A DNA stretch of 64,000 nt, from the NCBI RefSeq assembly GCF_018977255.1, contig NW_024704743.1, positions 66,900,001 through 66,964,000 of the forward strand, read 5' to 3'. Source of the DNA: Callorhinchus milii (Eukaryota). The translations under genes were made by a program, and so were the position numbers. The notes under the pieces are model-generated. The model did no database searches and was not told the DNA's origin. It saw only the letters and a list, made by a program, of their open reading frames with translations. Positions 39,684 to 52,600 of this stretch are shown piece after piece. Position 1 is the first letter of the stretch. Each line of letters begins with the position of its first letter.

Positions 39684-39939
39684 CTACACCAGTATGTCGT
39701 TTCTCTTACTGCACCACACCACTAGTGCTATCATCACTGTGGTTAGAAAGACAGGCACAGCGATGAGGATTATCAGAGTGCCTTCAGGAGGGTCCTGCAA
39801 TATTACAGTCTCCAAAGTACAGTTTGAAAAGAACATTTTGTGGACTGAAATAATGTAGTTCTCCACTTGTGGATTGGGCCAATAGCAATTCTGATTTTCA
39901 GTCCCCATTTCTGTACAAAATGAGAACCGGCTGTAATGG
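39684..39939 (-). CDS. RAMP3: RAMP3 last coding exon (rest of ectodomain, TM helix, cytoplasmic tail, TAG stop)
   Basis: Strong polypyrimidine acceptor ending ...tttccacag|C. AG from exon 2 plus C gives Ser, followed by HYSRFSFCTEMGTENQNCYWPNPQVENYIISVHKMFFSNCTLETVILQDPPEGTLIILIAVPVFLTTVMIALVVWCSKRNDILV*. The CTEM, CYWPNP, FFSNCT, DPP and LVVWxSKRxD motifs and the six-Cys spacing (11,16,14,9,21) match RAMP3 better than RAMP1 or RAMP2. Confidence 0.96.
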
Positions 39940-41999
39940 CTGTGGAAAAAAAAGAGAAAAATTAAAATTATTTATGCATTTTTAGAATTAATATAATGAT
40001 TAAATGCAAGACTTAGCAGAAGCTTGGACCGCCCGAAATAATCTTTTTCCAAATCCTTTGACGGCTTAGTAGATAAATGCACCAAAAGATGTAGAACTGA
40101 GACAAACTGATTATTTCAATCCTTTTTTTGATCTATTTTGGGTCCACCAAGTCTGCAAGTACATTTGTGGGTTGCTAACAGATAACAAAAGGGCTAGCAT
40201 TGATTATGATTTCACCCCACCCCCCCAACAAAACCATATGTGTCCATTCTGGCTCAGTTGGTGGCACTCAGGATTTTGAGCTTGTACAGTCCATGCTGAT
40301 ACTCCAGTGCAATATTGGGGGGGTGCTACATTATCAGAGACAGCATCCTTCACCACTTTACAATATCTTCTGTCAATCCACTTTACAATATCTTCTGTGA
40401 AGCGCTTTGAGATGTCTAAACAACGTGATAAGGTGCTATATAAAATGCAAGGATGATTAGTATTATCCTTCAGATGAGACATTAAATCGCCAGCAATTTC
40501 CCAACCCCCATTGGCAATCAAACTTTCAGTGCATCTCTCGGAAACTCCATCCCCAAGTCCCTTTGACTTGTCCCTTCCCCCAGCTCAGGTGCAAACCCTG
40601 GACTGTTCAGCATTTTGGGACATGCTCCTGATGTCAAAGGTTCTATATAAAGGTAAATTTATATTGTATTGTAAATCGTCTGCCTGTTCATTAAATATCT
40701 CATGAATCTATTGGAAAAGAGGAGGGGATCCTTCTGATGCCTTGACCAACAATCCTTCAAGCAAAATTGATCATTCACTTCATGGCTGTTTGTGGGACAT
40801 TGCTGTCTGCAAATTGGCTGCCGTGTTTGACTACAAATACACAGTCACCATACATTTTTGGGGGTCAGCCAAGTGTCCAACATGTGTGGAAACCAATCAT
40901 CACGTTTAAGAGTATCCAAACCAAACTGAGAATTCCATGCATCCCATCTACACATGGAAATCCCAGAGATAGATTGTTGGAATGGAATGCACACTCTCTC
41001 CCTGGAGCGATACATCCTGCTTACCTAATTCTGGAAAGTATAAGGTGCAGGTTGGCAAGAGCCAAGGCCTGGGGACCCCAGAGTGTGTGGTGGGGTATTG
41101 CTGGAATCTAACCAGCTAAAACCGCATAGCTTGCCATTTATAGCTCTGCCTGGCAAGCTTTCCACATAGCTTGCCATTGTCCACCCTACCAGTTAGGGAT
41201 AGAACCACCCTACCAGTAAGGACTATGCAAACATGAATCCTCCAGGCCCATTAGGGGGTGCTGTGGCCAGGAAGACTATCAGGGCACACTGCATCTGCAC
41301 AGAGCAAGCAGCTGTCAGTGTGACAGAGCAACTCTGCCCTCCCCCACTCTCACCATGTTAGTTTATTCGTTAAAATTCATTTCAGTTAAGTACAGTATAA
41401 GTTTATGTATAGGTCAATGTGCCATATGTGCCATTAATTTATATGTGCCAATAAAGAAATTTTGTTAATTTTGCTCATTTTAACAACTTGAATCACTCAG
41501 ACTTCAACAATCAAGCAGAACCTCACAGAAGGCATTGTCAAAAAAAAATCCTTACTCCCAGAGATCTTACCACAACTGCAAGTTTCTGCCTCAACCACGT
41601 TTCTAGATGGGTTATTCCACATTCTAACAATCCACTGTGAGTGACAATAAGAAACAAATTCACATACACTAATTACTCTGCTATGCCTCACCCAAGTGGC
41701 CAAATATCATGTTTGAGGTTGGACAAAGATTGTCATCAGGCTATTTGACTATGAGAAAAACTAACCCTTTGTCATTCTTTACTTCCTCCCATAAAAACCC
41801 ACATACCTCTTCCAGCAGGGATCGGTAAAAATAATCAGCAGTGGGACTTTTCCAAACCTAACATGGGGCATAGAGAGCAACTACAATACTCTTAACGTTC
41901 CCATGCAGGTCAATAGACTCACAATTCAGTATAAGTTCAAAAGCTTTTTGAGCTATTATTGACAAGGCAGAACCAACAACCACTTACGAGTGTTGCAAC

Positions 42000-43720
42000 C
42001 AGTCTTCAAACAATGCAATTAACATTTTCTGAATAATCTGTGGGTTTTATATAGGAATGAGCTAGGGAGTCCAGCGAGCAAAGCATTGGAATAAGCCAGC
42101 TTGGACATGAAGGTATGAGTGAGGTACTCAGATGCCTGGTGGGGGAGAATTGGTGGCAAAGGTAGGCAATATTGTGGAGGTGAATGAAAGTGAGTAAGTA
42201 AGAGCACACATGTGGAGCTTGAAAGACGGTTGGGGGGAAGCATTTGTGTAGGTGGATGCAGTCAAAGGTGTGACAGGAGTCAAGCAGGAGAGCCTCAGTC
42301 TTGTCAACATTCAATTGAAGGTAGTTAGAGCTCATTCAGGACTTGATGTCTGATAGACAATCCGTCAGAACAGCAGTAGTCCTGAAATCGAGGGTAGAAG
42401 CAGAGAGATACAATTGGGTGCCATCAGCCTACATGTGGATGTGGACACTTATAATAATAATAATAATAATAATCCTTGCATTTGACATAGAGTTTTTCAT
42501 GTCTTCTAGACGTCTCAAAGCACTTCACAGAATATGCTGTGAATTGACCGTATATTTGTGGGTGAAACGCGGCAGCCAATTGCGCACAGCAGTGTCCCAC
42601 AAACAGTCGTGGATTGAAAATGACCAATTTATTATTGTCTTGTTTTTTGGCGGGATTATTATTAGGCGTGTGAAGTAAGGAAACTTAGTCACTATGTTTG
42701 CAATTGATGTCATTAAGCATACAGATAGTAAAAAGGAGAGGACCGAGGATAGAGTCCTGAGGACCGCCACATGTAACTGAACAGGAGTGGGAGGAGAAGC
42801 CATTAGAAGGGACAAGATGAAGATGCTGAAATAAATAGGAATGAAACTAGGAAAGGACAGAAATGTGAAGGTGGAGCTGTGAAGAGAGAGGATGGAGTAG
42901 TTAATTGTGTTGAAGGGGCAGAAAGGTCAATGAGAATGAGGAAGCAGAGAAAGCCTTGGTCACAGATGGAGAAAGTGTCATTGCCAACCGTAACCAGGGC
43001 ACTTTCAGTCGTGGAGAAGCCAGAAGCAATTGAGCCGATCCATTCAAATTTTCGGCTCAAGGAAATGTATTACCTCCTTGCATTTAGAGTTGCAGGTAAG
43101 AATGAAAGGAGCATGGAAAGGTTGGTGAAGGAAGTGGTTGGTGTAGAGAAAAAGGTCTAGGAGTGTCTTTGGTTATCAGGGTAATCTTGGAGTAGAAACA
43201 AGTTTTGGCTGAGGCGAGGGCAAAGCAATAGGCTTTGGTTTGGTCCATTCAGATTTGATAGACCCTGAAGCTGGATTTGAGCCACGTGCATTTGGTGGCA
43301 CTGGTCTGGGGTTTGAGGGAGTTGAATAATAATAATAATCCTTGCATTTGATATAGCGCTTTTCACGTCGGGAGGACGTCCCAAAGCGCTTCACAGAACA
43401 CACTGTAAAGTGAATTGACTGTATATTTGTGGGCGAACGCGACAGCCAATTGCGCACAGCAATGTCCCACAAACAGTCGTAGATTGAAAATGACCAATTT
43501 ATTATTGTTTTTGGTTTTGGAGGGATTATTATTAGGCGCGTGGAGTAAGGAAACTTGCCCAAGGTTTTGCCCTGCCTGGAATACCAGGGATGGCTGGCAG
43601 TATGGGAAATGGTGGAAGTGTTGAGAATGACAGTGAGGGAGTTGTGCCTGAGGTTGGGAGAGGAGGTAAGGTGAAGGTGAGCAGATAGCCTGAGGAGCAG
43701 GAGATCAAAACATTCCATAG
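42000..43720 (-). mobile_element. Degenerate L2 interrupted by two head-truncated SINEs (~42451-42686 and ~43325-43582)
   Basis: SGFSTTESALVTV.ND..SICDQG..LIDLSA, HMYADGTQLY-like and YLQLNVDKTE motifs, with SINE bodies ending in (AAT)n tails. Confidence 0.85.
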
Positions 43721-44639
43721 CAGGGAGGTTAGTTTGTTTTACCTTCTTCAGCTGGAGTATCCCATTACAGTACCGACCCCCAACCACCACGTCCCCATCC
43801 GCCACATAGACACACACTTTGTTTTTAAGCAAAAAACATATATTTCAAGTATCTAAATTAAAAATATATATAAGAAACAGAGGGCCAGAATCAGGAATTA
43901 GTTTGCAGGAAGTTCTTGATGGTTTTTTTAAACAAACTGTCTCAAGCAATCAAAGACTGTAGAACAGAAAGCAGGATTAAAAATATGTGTAAGAATGAAT
44001 TTGCTGAGACATATGGCTAAAACCACTGGCTTTGACCAGTTTTAAGTGGAAGGAAGTTGCTGTTCTTTTCTATTTATAGAGGGCACATCCTGATGCAGGA
44101 TGAACTAATGAGAATGAATGAGCGCCCTCCTCCTCTCAGATATTTCTCTTAAATATAAACATTGCAGTGAAAAATCCAAGGTTTTGATTAATGTTTTGTA
44201 TTAGAATTTTCTCCACTTCATGCTTAGGTGTTAGGTACCAACAGCCCTCCACTGCCTCAACCGAGTGCTGTACTCCAGGTGTAAGGTTAGATAGTATTCA
44301 ACAGCAAACTCGTTCAAATGTAAGGGTTATGACAACCAAGCCTGATTTTGTCCTCATGTGCCAGAGGTACATTTTCAGCAGGATAATTAAAATAATAATA
44401 ATTTTTACATTTGGTATAGCATCTTTCACAATGGGAGGACATTCTAAAGTGCTTCACCAGTTATATTGTAAAGCTCAGTGACTGATGTTTAGTGGAAGAA
44501 CGTGGCAGCTTAGTTGCACACAGTAATGACCCACAAACAGCCATGAAGCGAGTGACAATTTTATTTGGGGAAGTCAGGAGTGAGAACTCACATCAATTTT
44601 TCCAGGAACACAAGTTAATTGTATTTCGTTCAAACTTTG

Positions 44640-45050
44640 TTTGAAGTTCACTCAAACACATACCTCGCCGGTCTCCCCAGCTTCACTATTCAAACGATCC
44701 AGCACATTCAGAGCTCTTCCACCCGCATACTGACCGGGACCAAACTCCGTACCCACATCTCAACAGTTCTGGCTAGGCACCGGCCTCCTGCTTGTCCCTC
44801 GCAACCTCTGCCCCACCATTGGAGGTCGCGCTTCTAGCCATTTCGCGTTGAAACTCTGGAACACTCTCCTTTAATCCCTCCACCTTGCCTCCTCTCTCCC
44901 TCCTTGGAAGTCCCACCTGAAAACCTTCCTCTTCAACTGTGCTTACGGCCACCTCCCCCACCTCCCGCTCAGAGTCAGGCTCCTCCACTGTTAAGCAATC
45001 TGAGATGCTACCCTGCATGGAGGGTGCTATATAACTGCAAGTTGTTGTTA
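44640..45050 (+). mobile_element. L2 3' fragment
   Basis: SNTYLAGLP..IQHIQSSSTRILT, ending in gggtgctatataactgcaagttgttg. Confidence 0.8.
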
Positions 45051-45427
45051 TTAATTCCATTGTCACCCTTACCAAACTTAAATTACTCAGCACATACCCT
45101 GGAACAACCCCAGAGGCTTAGCTGCTCTACATGGCTCAATAATCAGCTTGATGCTGTCATGGGAGGACCTTCTTCATCCGAAATGATCTTGTGACTATTA
45201 CAACCAAATCATTGTTATCCAATGGGAGGGATATAGTGGCTCATAACCTCTTATGGTATATTGACATATGCAGTAAAACTCACATTCTTTATAAAGCGTA
45301 TAATTACCTAAGTCATACATTCACCCAATTTCCATTCAGTTTCCTACCAAAACTGCTTAGATTTATTTGCACTACTCGTATTAATCGCCTCCTAAATCGT
45401 AATGCAGCTCCCTTACCCTCCATTACT

Positions 45428-45748
45428 CTCGCACTTACCGGCTGCATTGAATCACGGGAAATGACGTCCTGACCCATCGACACATGTGCACTTACCAATA
45501 GGCTGAAATGAATTGCGGGAAACGTAGCTAGATCTGTCGATACATGCACAGAAGAACTTCATTTCCCGCGATTCACTGTGATTCCAACGGTTGCCGAAAA
45601 GTGTGCATGCAGTGACAGGTCAACATGCATTGAATCCCAGTGAATGTAGTCTTGACCCATCACTACATGTGCACTCACTGGCTGCTCAGTTACCAGGTGC
45701 AGTGACGAACTACTGCATGTGCACTTACCAACTGCGTTGAATTACACA
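45428..45748. repeat. Degenerate ~57-60-bp repeat cluster, CpG-containing, partly inverted
   Basis: Recurring gcattgaatc..g.gaa.tg..gtc.tgacccatc...acatgtgcact(t/c)ac units. Confidence 0.7.
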
Positions 45749-46177
45749 TGAGCGGTGTAGATTATTGGTTAAATTGGATTTTATATGATTTATACAGTTG
45801 CCTGCAACTCAGACTTCGCGTCACATTAAATACATTGATCCCAACTGATATAATTTTTGTGAGGTTTACTGTATATGTGGGTGATTCGCTACAATGTTTT
45901 GATATAGCATTTGATATAGCACCTTGTCACGTCATCAGTGTCCCAAACTGTAAAGTGTAGTGACTGTGTATTTGTAGGCAAATGTAACAACTTTCATTTT
46001 GCACACAGCAATGTCCCACAAAAGTCATGAAGTGAATGACCAATTCTTTATGGAATCTCTTAACGAGAACACCAGGAGAGACTCCCTTCTCTTTTTGAAA
46101 AGTATATTGGGATCTTTAATATCCATCTGAACAGGTAGATCGTATTTAACATTTTCATCCGAAAATTGCACCTTGAC

Positions 46178-46632
46178 ATAGAATCATAGAATCGTACAGC
46201 ACAAAAAGAGGCCATTCGGCCCATCGAGTCTGTGCCGGCTCTTTGAAAAGAGCAATGCAATATCAATCCACTCCCCAGCCCTTTCCCCATAACCCTGCAA
46301 ACCCATTCTCCTCAAATACCCATCCACCACGTTTTTAAAAGTTGTTATCAAATCAGCCTCTACCACCCTTTCAGGCATTGTATTCCAGATTCGAACAACT
46401 CGCTGCATGAAAACATTTCTTCTCACCTCCCCTCTGCTTCTTTTAGAAACTATTTTAAATCTGTGACCTCGAGTTTCCTAGAGGAAACAGTTTCTCCCTT
46501 TTTAACCTATCAAATCCCCTCATGATTTTGAAAACCACTATTAGGTCTCCTCGTAACCTTTTCTTCTCCAATGAGAATAATCCCAGCCTCTCTAGCCTTT
46601 CCTCATAATCAAGGTCCCTCATTCCTGGTACC
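46178..46632 (-). mobile_element. CR1 3' fragment; similar pieces at ~49700-50110 and ~52750-53060
   Basis: RRNVFMQRVVRIWNTMPERVVEA..FK..VD on the minus strand, with a (CATAGAAT)n terminal repeat. Confidence 0.9.
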
Positions 46633-49600
46633 AGAAAGCATATACAATGATGTAGTCCTGCTTATGGGATTCCCTCATACACACAGAATACAAACTGTGT
46701 TCTATTTATACCAAGACGACAAAACAAAGTGCACATTTCTGTTAGCCACACAAGTATTGAACAACTGTTTTCATTTAGACTCTCTATTGTCCCTACGGGT
46801 TATCAAATAGGCCGACTTATAAATAGTTTATTTTAATGAGCAGTCTATGAAAGCCCTGATCCAAGCATTATCTTGATCCAAGTACAACATTTCTTGGAAA
46901 AGTATTCAATTGCCTATTAGGATTTAACTGTATTTTTTTAAAAATATAGAGAAGAGGCTCCCACAGAAATGAAAAGGGGAAATGACTGGGTAGTGAGTAA
47001 CAGTATATTGCTTTAGGATTTTATGAGCCTGATTCAGTTAGCCTTTTACAGAAACTGCTGTTTAGTTCTGGAGCATTCAGGAAAACTAATTGCAATACAT
47101 TTTAACATAATACCTACAAGTGATTTTCAATAGGTCTATCATACACCATTTACTAAAAATGCTATCTTTCTGCTATTTTTTAGACAAGGAATCCCATTAA
47201 AAAGTTACAGCGGTATGAAGAAAAGACAAGTAAATGGGGCTAAATGAAGTGAGCATCAACACAATGGGCTGAATGGCCTTCTCCTGTCCTGCACTTCTTC
47301 ATGGTTCCATGGGTAATATTTGTGGCATTCCTTATTTAATGCTGATAGAAACTACCACCTACCACATAAGAGGTTGAATCCTTTCAGCTCCTGATGCCTG
47401 TCTATTTTTTTTTAAATTGGAGGCAGGCAGTTTCCATTTTGTGAATTTTAGGCCCTCACTCACTCACTATGTGATATTTTTTGCTAATTATTATTTCTCA
47501 GCATTGATCTGCCAAGATAGGCTGAAATCCGCACAATCAAGTAAAGTGTGATAATGCCTGCAGAGTATTTAATTTAAAAACCTCTAATCTTGTAAACTGG
47601 GGAAATATCTTCAGCACTAAGTGATTTTAAAGTAAAATATTCGTCACTATATATGTCCCTTGCAACAATTTATAAAATTGGGTCTAAAATATATAATTAA
47701 TATGTGTTCTGGCCAATAATTCCACAAATAAAATTGATAATTTGCTTCATGGCCGTTTGTGGGGAATGGCTGTACATGAATTGACTGCTGCATTCACTCC
47801 TCAAATACACAGTAGCTGCACCTCACAGTAAATACTGTGAAGCATTTTGAGGCACTATATCAAATGCGAAGATTATTATAATACAGTATTAAAATCTCTT
47901 CTGAGAACTTTGTAAGTCCCCAATTTGCTGTGTGAAACAGGGAAGTGCTTTAAAAATCAACATTTTCACACACACATTTGAAAAGGGAAACTCCAATGTG
48001 GAGTTTTTTTTTAGATATTTCACAATCTTTTATTAAACTTAAATTCCCTCAGAACCTTTGCCAATTTAGCTGGAATTTAGCCTTAGTTCTTAAAAAAAGG
48101 TTTTGACAGATCAAAATATATGCTTGCATCTTTTCTCAAATATATGCTTCATATACTGAACAACAATATAATTAATCAATACAATATATCCACATCCACA
48201 ATAGAATAATTGCTGAGGAGTTATTCTTAACTTAAAAATCCTTGCACTTGACATTGCTCCTTTTACAAAAAGGAGGACATCTCAAAGCACTTTCCAGGGT
48301 TTATTGTAAAATGTTGTGCTTTTGGATTTTATAGGTTAACACAGCAGCCAATTTGTGCTCAACAATGTCCCACAAGAAGCGAAAGACCAATTTTATTTGG
48401 CCATGAGATCAAGAGGATATGAAGGATATCCAGGATATCAACTCCCTTCTCTTTTCAAATATTGCAATGGGATTTTTAACATCCACCTGAATAGGCAGAC
48501 AGGACTGTGGTTTAATGTCTTATCTGAAGACGGCACCTCACACAATACAGCGCCTGCCAGCACTGCACTGGAGTGTCAACCTAAACTATGTGAATTCAAA
48601 GTCGTATTCTTAACTTTGGTTTGTGAAATGAAACATTTTAAACGTTGGTTTGTGAACAAAAAAAAATCCTAAGCATGTGCTGCTAAAATTGAATTAGGAA
48701 TGTAAATGTGTTCATCATATCCTGAGATTGGGTTTGAATGTCAGAGAGACCTGGGTGGGCTGAATCTACTCTTTACCTTTATGTGAGGAAATCCATTCTG
48801 TCACAATTTCTTTTTCAACAAGGGAAATTCATTTTAATGCATTCACTTCATATCAGTTGTAAGGCTAACGGCAGTTCTAACATCAGTTGAAACCAATGAC
48901 TCAAAATAAAATTTCTATATAAATAAATATACTTTGTTGTTGTTGCTTAGTAAATGGTGTAAATCTAGACCCAGCTGGAATTTCTATATTTCTAAGGATT
49001 ATTATTTTATTGTTATTATTACATTTGTACAGTGAAAGGACTCTGGGGTAGAATTCCAGACAGTGGGGCAGAATGGCTGAATGCGCGCCCACTGATGGTG
49101 GGGTGGAACGGGTGGGGGACATGAAGCACACCAATGTTGGCCAAGTGAAGGGAGTGGCTGGGTCTATAGGTCGCAGTTCTCGTGATCTTCTGATGACATG
49201 ATATTCTTCAATATGTTTGTATTAATCAACCCTTACTGTGTCATAGGCAGGTTTTCTTGTCAATATGTGTTGTGTTCCAAGGGTCACTGACAAATACAGT
49301 AAACCTCACATAAGTCGTATCATTCAAGTCCATGATTTAATATGATTCCACCTGGGTCTAGATTTACACCATTTACTAAGCAAAAAGGCTAAATTTAACT
49401 AAGGCTAAATTCCAGCTAAATTGTCCAAGTTGCAGGAAAACTAGAATTGCAGCCAATTTTGCACAGCAGTTTCCCACAAACAGTCATGGTTTGAAGTGAC
49501 TAATTTATTATTATTATTTTTTTGAAGGAATTATTACCCCTGGAAAAGCGATCCGCCAATCGACTAACAACCGGGTTCCTTTTTTTAAAAAAAGTGTTTT

Positions 49601-52600
49601 TTTTAAATTAGAATTATATATTAAGTGCTTCCTTGAGCATCTTAACATTATTATTGCAGCAATAAAGCCAGTCCTAATGTAGAACATTACATTAAGCATT
49701 AAACATTACATCACAGAAGACTATTCGGCTTTGTGTTGGCTGACTGAAATCACAACCGAATGAATCCCATTTCCCAAACTCTTCCCCATATCCCTACAAA
49801 TTGTTCTTTTTCAGATATCTATGTATTTTTTGAAAGCTGATGTGGTCAAGATACTCCCAGCAGAGTGATGGTCTCGACCACGTGCAGCTCATTCCACATA
49901 CTAACAACTGTGCAAAAAAAATCCTCCTAATCTTCCCCTTTGCCCTTTGGTAACTATTTCAAAATAATACCACCTCATCACTGCCTCACTGACCAGTGGA
50001 AATAATTTCTCCCTACTGACTCTATCAAAACCCCTCATAATTTTAAAGACCTCTATCAAGTCTCCCTTCAATCTTTTCCCTTCAACCAAAATGAAACTAG
50101 GTCCAGTTAATCCCCTCGTCCTGGATGCAGGGCAGGACAATGAGGTTGACACCTTGCTCTGAGAGCCAGTTCAGAGACAATGAGCTGCATAGCCTCCTTC
50201 TGCACTATAATTGTCTATGATTTTATGAACCTATTCTAAGAGAGAAGAAAGTCAAAAGTAAGGCAGCTGCTGGGCAGAAATTCTCTTTTGTAGTAAAAGC
50301 CTTATATTTTACAGATGTGGCCTCTGAACTGAGCATCATTTACACTAGAAATGCTACATTCTTGACAATCTTGGTTCCATTACATATTAGAAATCTGTTC
50401 CTTCCACCAGTCAGTTCACAAACTGAGGTTTTGACAAAACAGATTCCTAAACTGTGGCAATCCAATGTCAATATAATAACTAACGCTTTCCCACACAAAC
50501 CTTGTGCTCCACAATTCTTGCTCCATGCAGTCAGCTAGCAATCATTAATTTACTAATCCTTCTCATTAGTATTTCAAAGCATTGCAGTTAGCTAACTTCA
50601 ACACTTTTGTAAGTCTTTCATGAAAGATCTCAGTTCATGTATCAGTTGGCTCAATTGGTGCCAAACCTATGTGAGAATGTTGTGGGTTCATCCCCATTCC
50701 AGATGTGCACCATCACCTAGATTCCACTCCATTACTGAAGCAGTACTGAAGATTGATTGGTCATGCATCTCATTGAAGGGAATTTCTCCCAGTGTCCTGC
50801 CCGAGTCCCCCAAATAAAATTGGTCATTCATTTCATGTAGGACATCTCTGTATACAATATGAATGCCAAGTTTGCCTACAACAATACAGTCACTACTTGC
50901 TGACAGTTCCCTTTGAAGTGGTTTGAGACATCTTCTTGACCTGAAAGTCACCATATCATATGTAAACATTATTATTATATTATTATTGCCCTTTGTCAGG
51001 CTAAGTTTGTTTTCATAAAGCAGTTACTTCAAAGTAACTTTAAGATGTTTTGACATCATAAGAACATACATCGAATGCAAGCATTATTATTTCAAATTGT
51101 TGCAGAAACTGAAATCTAATAGAAATCTAATCAAACTGAAATCTGATATCTAACTGTCTTAAGGAGTTGAAAATAAGTTAGATTAAGAAACTGAAAATAA
51201 AGATTATTTGAGATTGTTGAGCAGGAAAGGGTCATTATAATCAAACAAACTGTGTTAGAGTTCACAGATTATTGTTCATATGGAATTTTGTTTTAAAACA
51301 GACTGATATCATCACTAAGATCTCATTTAATAATAATATTATTTACATATAAATAGCCACTGAGTTAGAATCACCATTGAGTTAGAATTGACAATCAGAA
51401 GTTTCCTTCTGAATTCATGCTGATCAAAAAGTTATATCCATACTACCAAGCAAAGGGTAATAAAGGATGCTATCATTTCACCATTGAACCTGGGATTGCA
51501 TCCTATTCTGACTGATGGGATGGAAACCTTTCTTTGTAGCTCTAATGATCCCAAGTTTAATCTGTTTGAATATTCCCAATTTTTTTCTTATAATAATAAT
51601 TTAATAATAATAATCCTTGCATTTGATACAGAATGTCATGTCAGGAGGATGTCTCAAAGTGCGTCACAGGATTAAAGGAATGATGTCCTATTTGTGCATC
51701 GTTCAATGTGAAAATTGCACCAAAGAGATGCAAATAAAAACCGAGTATGAATCTTGTCTCAGTCACATTGAAGAACAAAATGTCAGTGCTCCGAATTACG
51801 GAGAGGATAAAGGCTTCAATTCATAAAATATCTCCTGCATAACTTATTATCCAGTTTGCTGAAAAACATAACCTTGTAATAACCTTCTGTTTTGTGACTG
51901 TTGTAAATTACCTAACTCTGACACATGAGATTTATTTGTTACATTGTGTTTCATGCAGCTGTAGGTTGATTTCAGCCCACAACAATTCACTCAGATTTCA
52001 TTATCACTATGTGTTGTGTGGTGTTGTGAGTAGGCACCAGCTTTGGGGAATTCATTCTCCACATTCAGTGTGTTCAATATGGTGCTGTCAGCCCAAAACA
52101 ACTCACTCACTGAGATGGTATTATCAGTGAGCAGCATGTGCTGAATGGGCCATCTGTTCACATCATCTCAGTTTAATATTAATGTTAAAAAGGCCCTACT
52201 GTACATAAACTAAGGCAGTTCAGATTATGTTTGACATTTGAAGCTTTGCTTGCTTGCACATGATCTCACTTTCTTATCCTCTTTATTGCGTAGCTGGTAT
52301 CAAGAAATATATCGTTCCAGGTTATATCTGGTAGGTTCTGCGGTTTAAATATCAAGTTGATAAAATTGAATAAGAAAGGATAAATTATATTTATATCCTT
52401 CTTGTATGATTACTTTACATCTTCAAAGTCTAGAATTGATTCCTCCTCCTGCAATCTCGCCTTTGTAAAGCGCTCTGAGACACTGAGAAGGATGCTAGAT
52501 AAATGCAAGTTGTTGCCTGTCCAAAGTACAGCATGGACTCCACATATGAAAATAACTAACAGAGGTAACACAAGTTTTGGGGCCCAAACTCTTCTTTCTT

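Noticed and set aside
40353..40398. 21-bp direct repeat ccactttacaatatcttctgt
   Set aside because: A small duplication at a junction between SINE fragments, with no sign of function.
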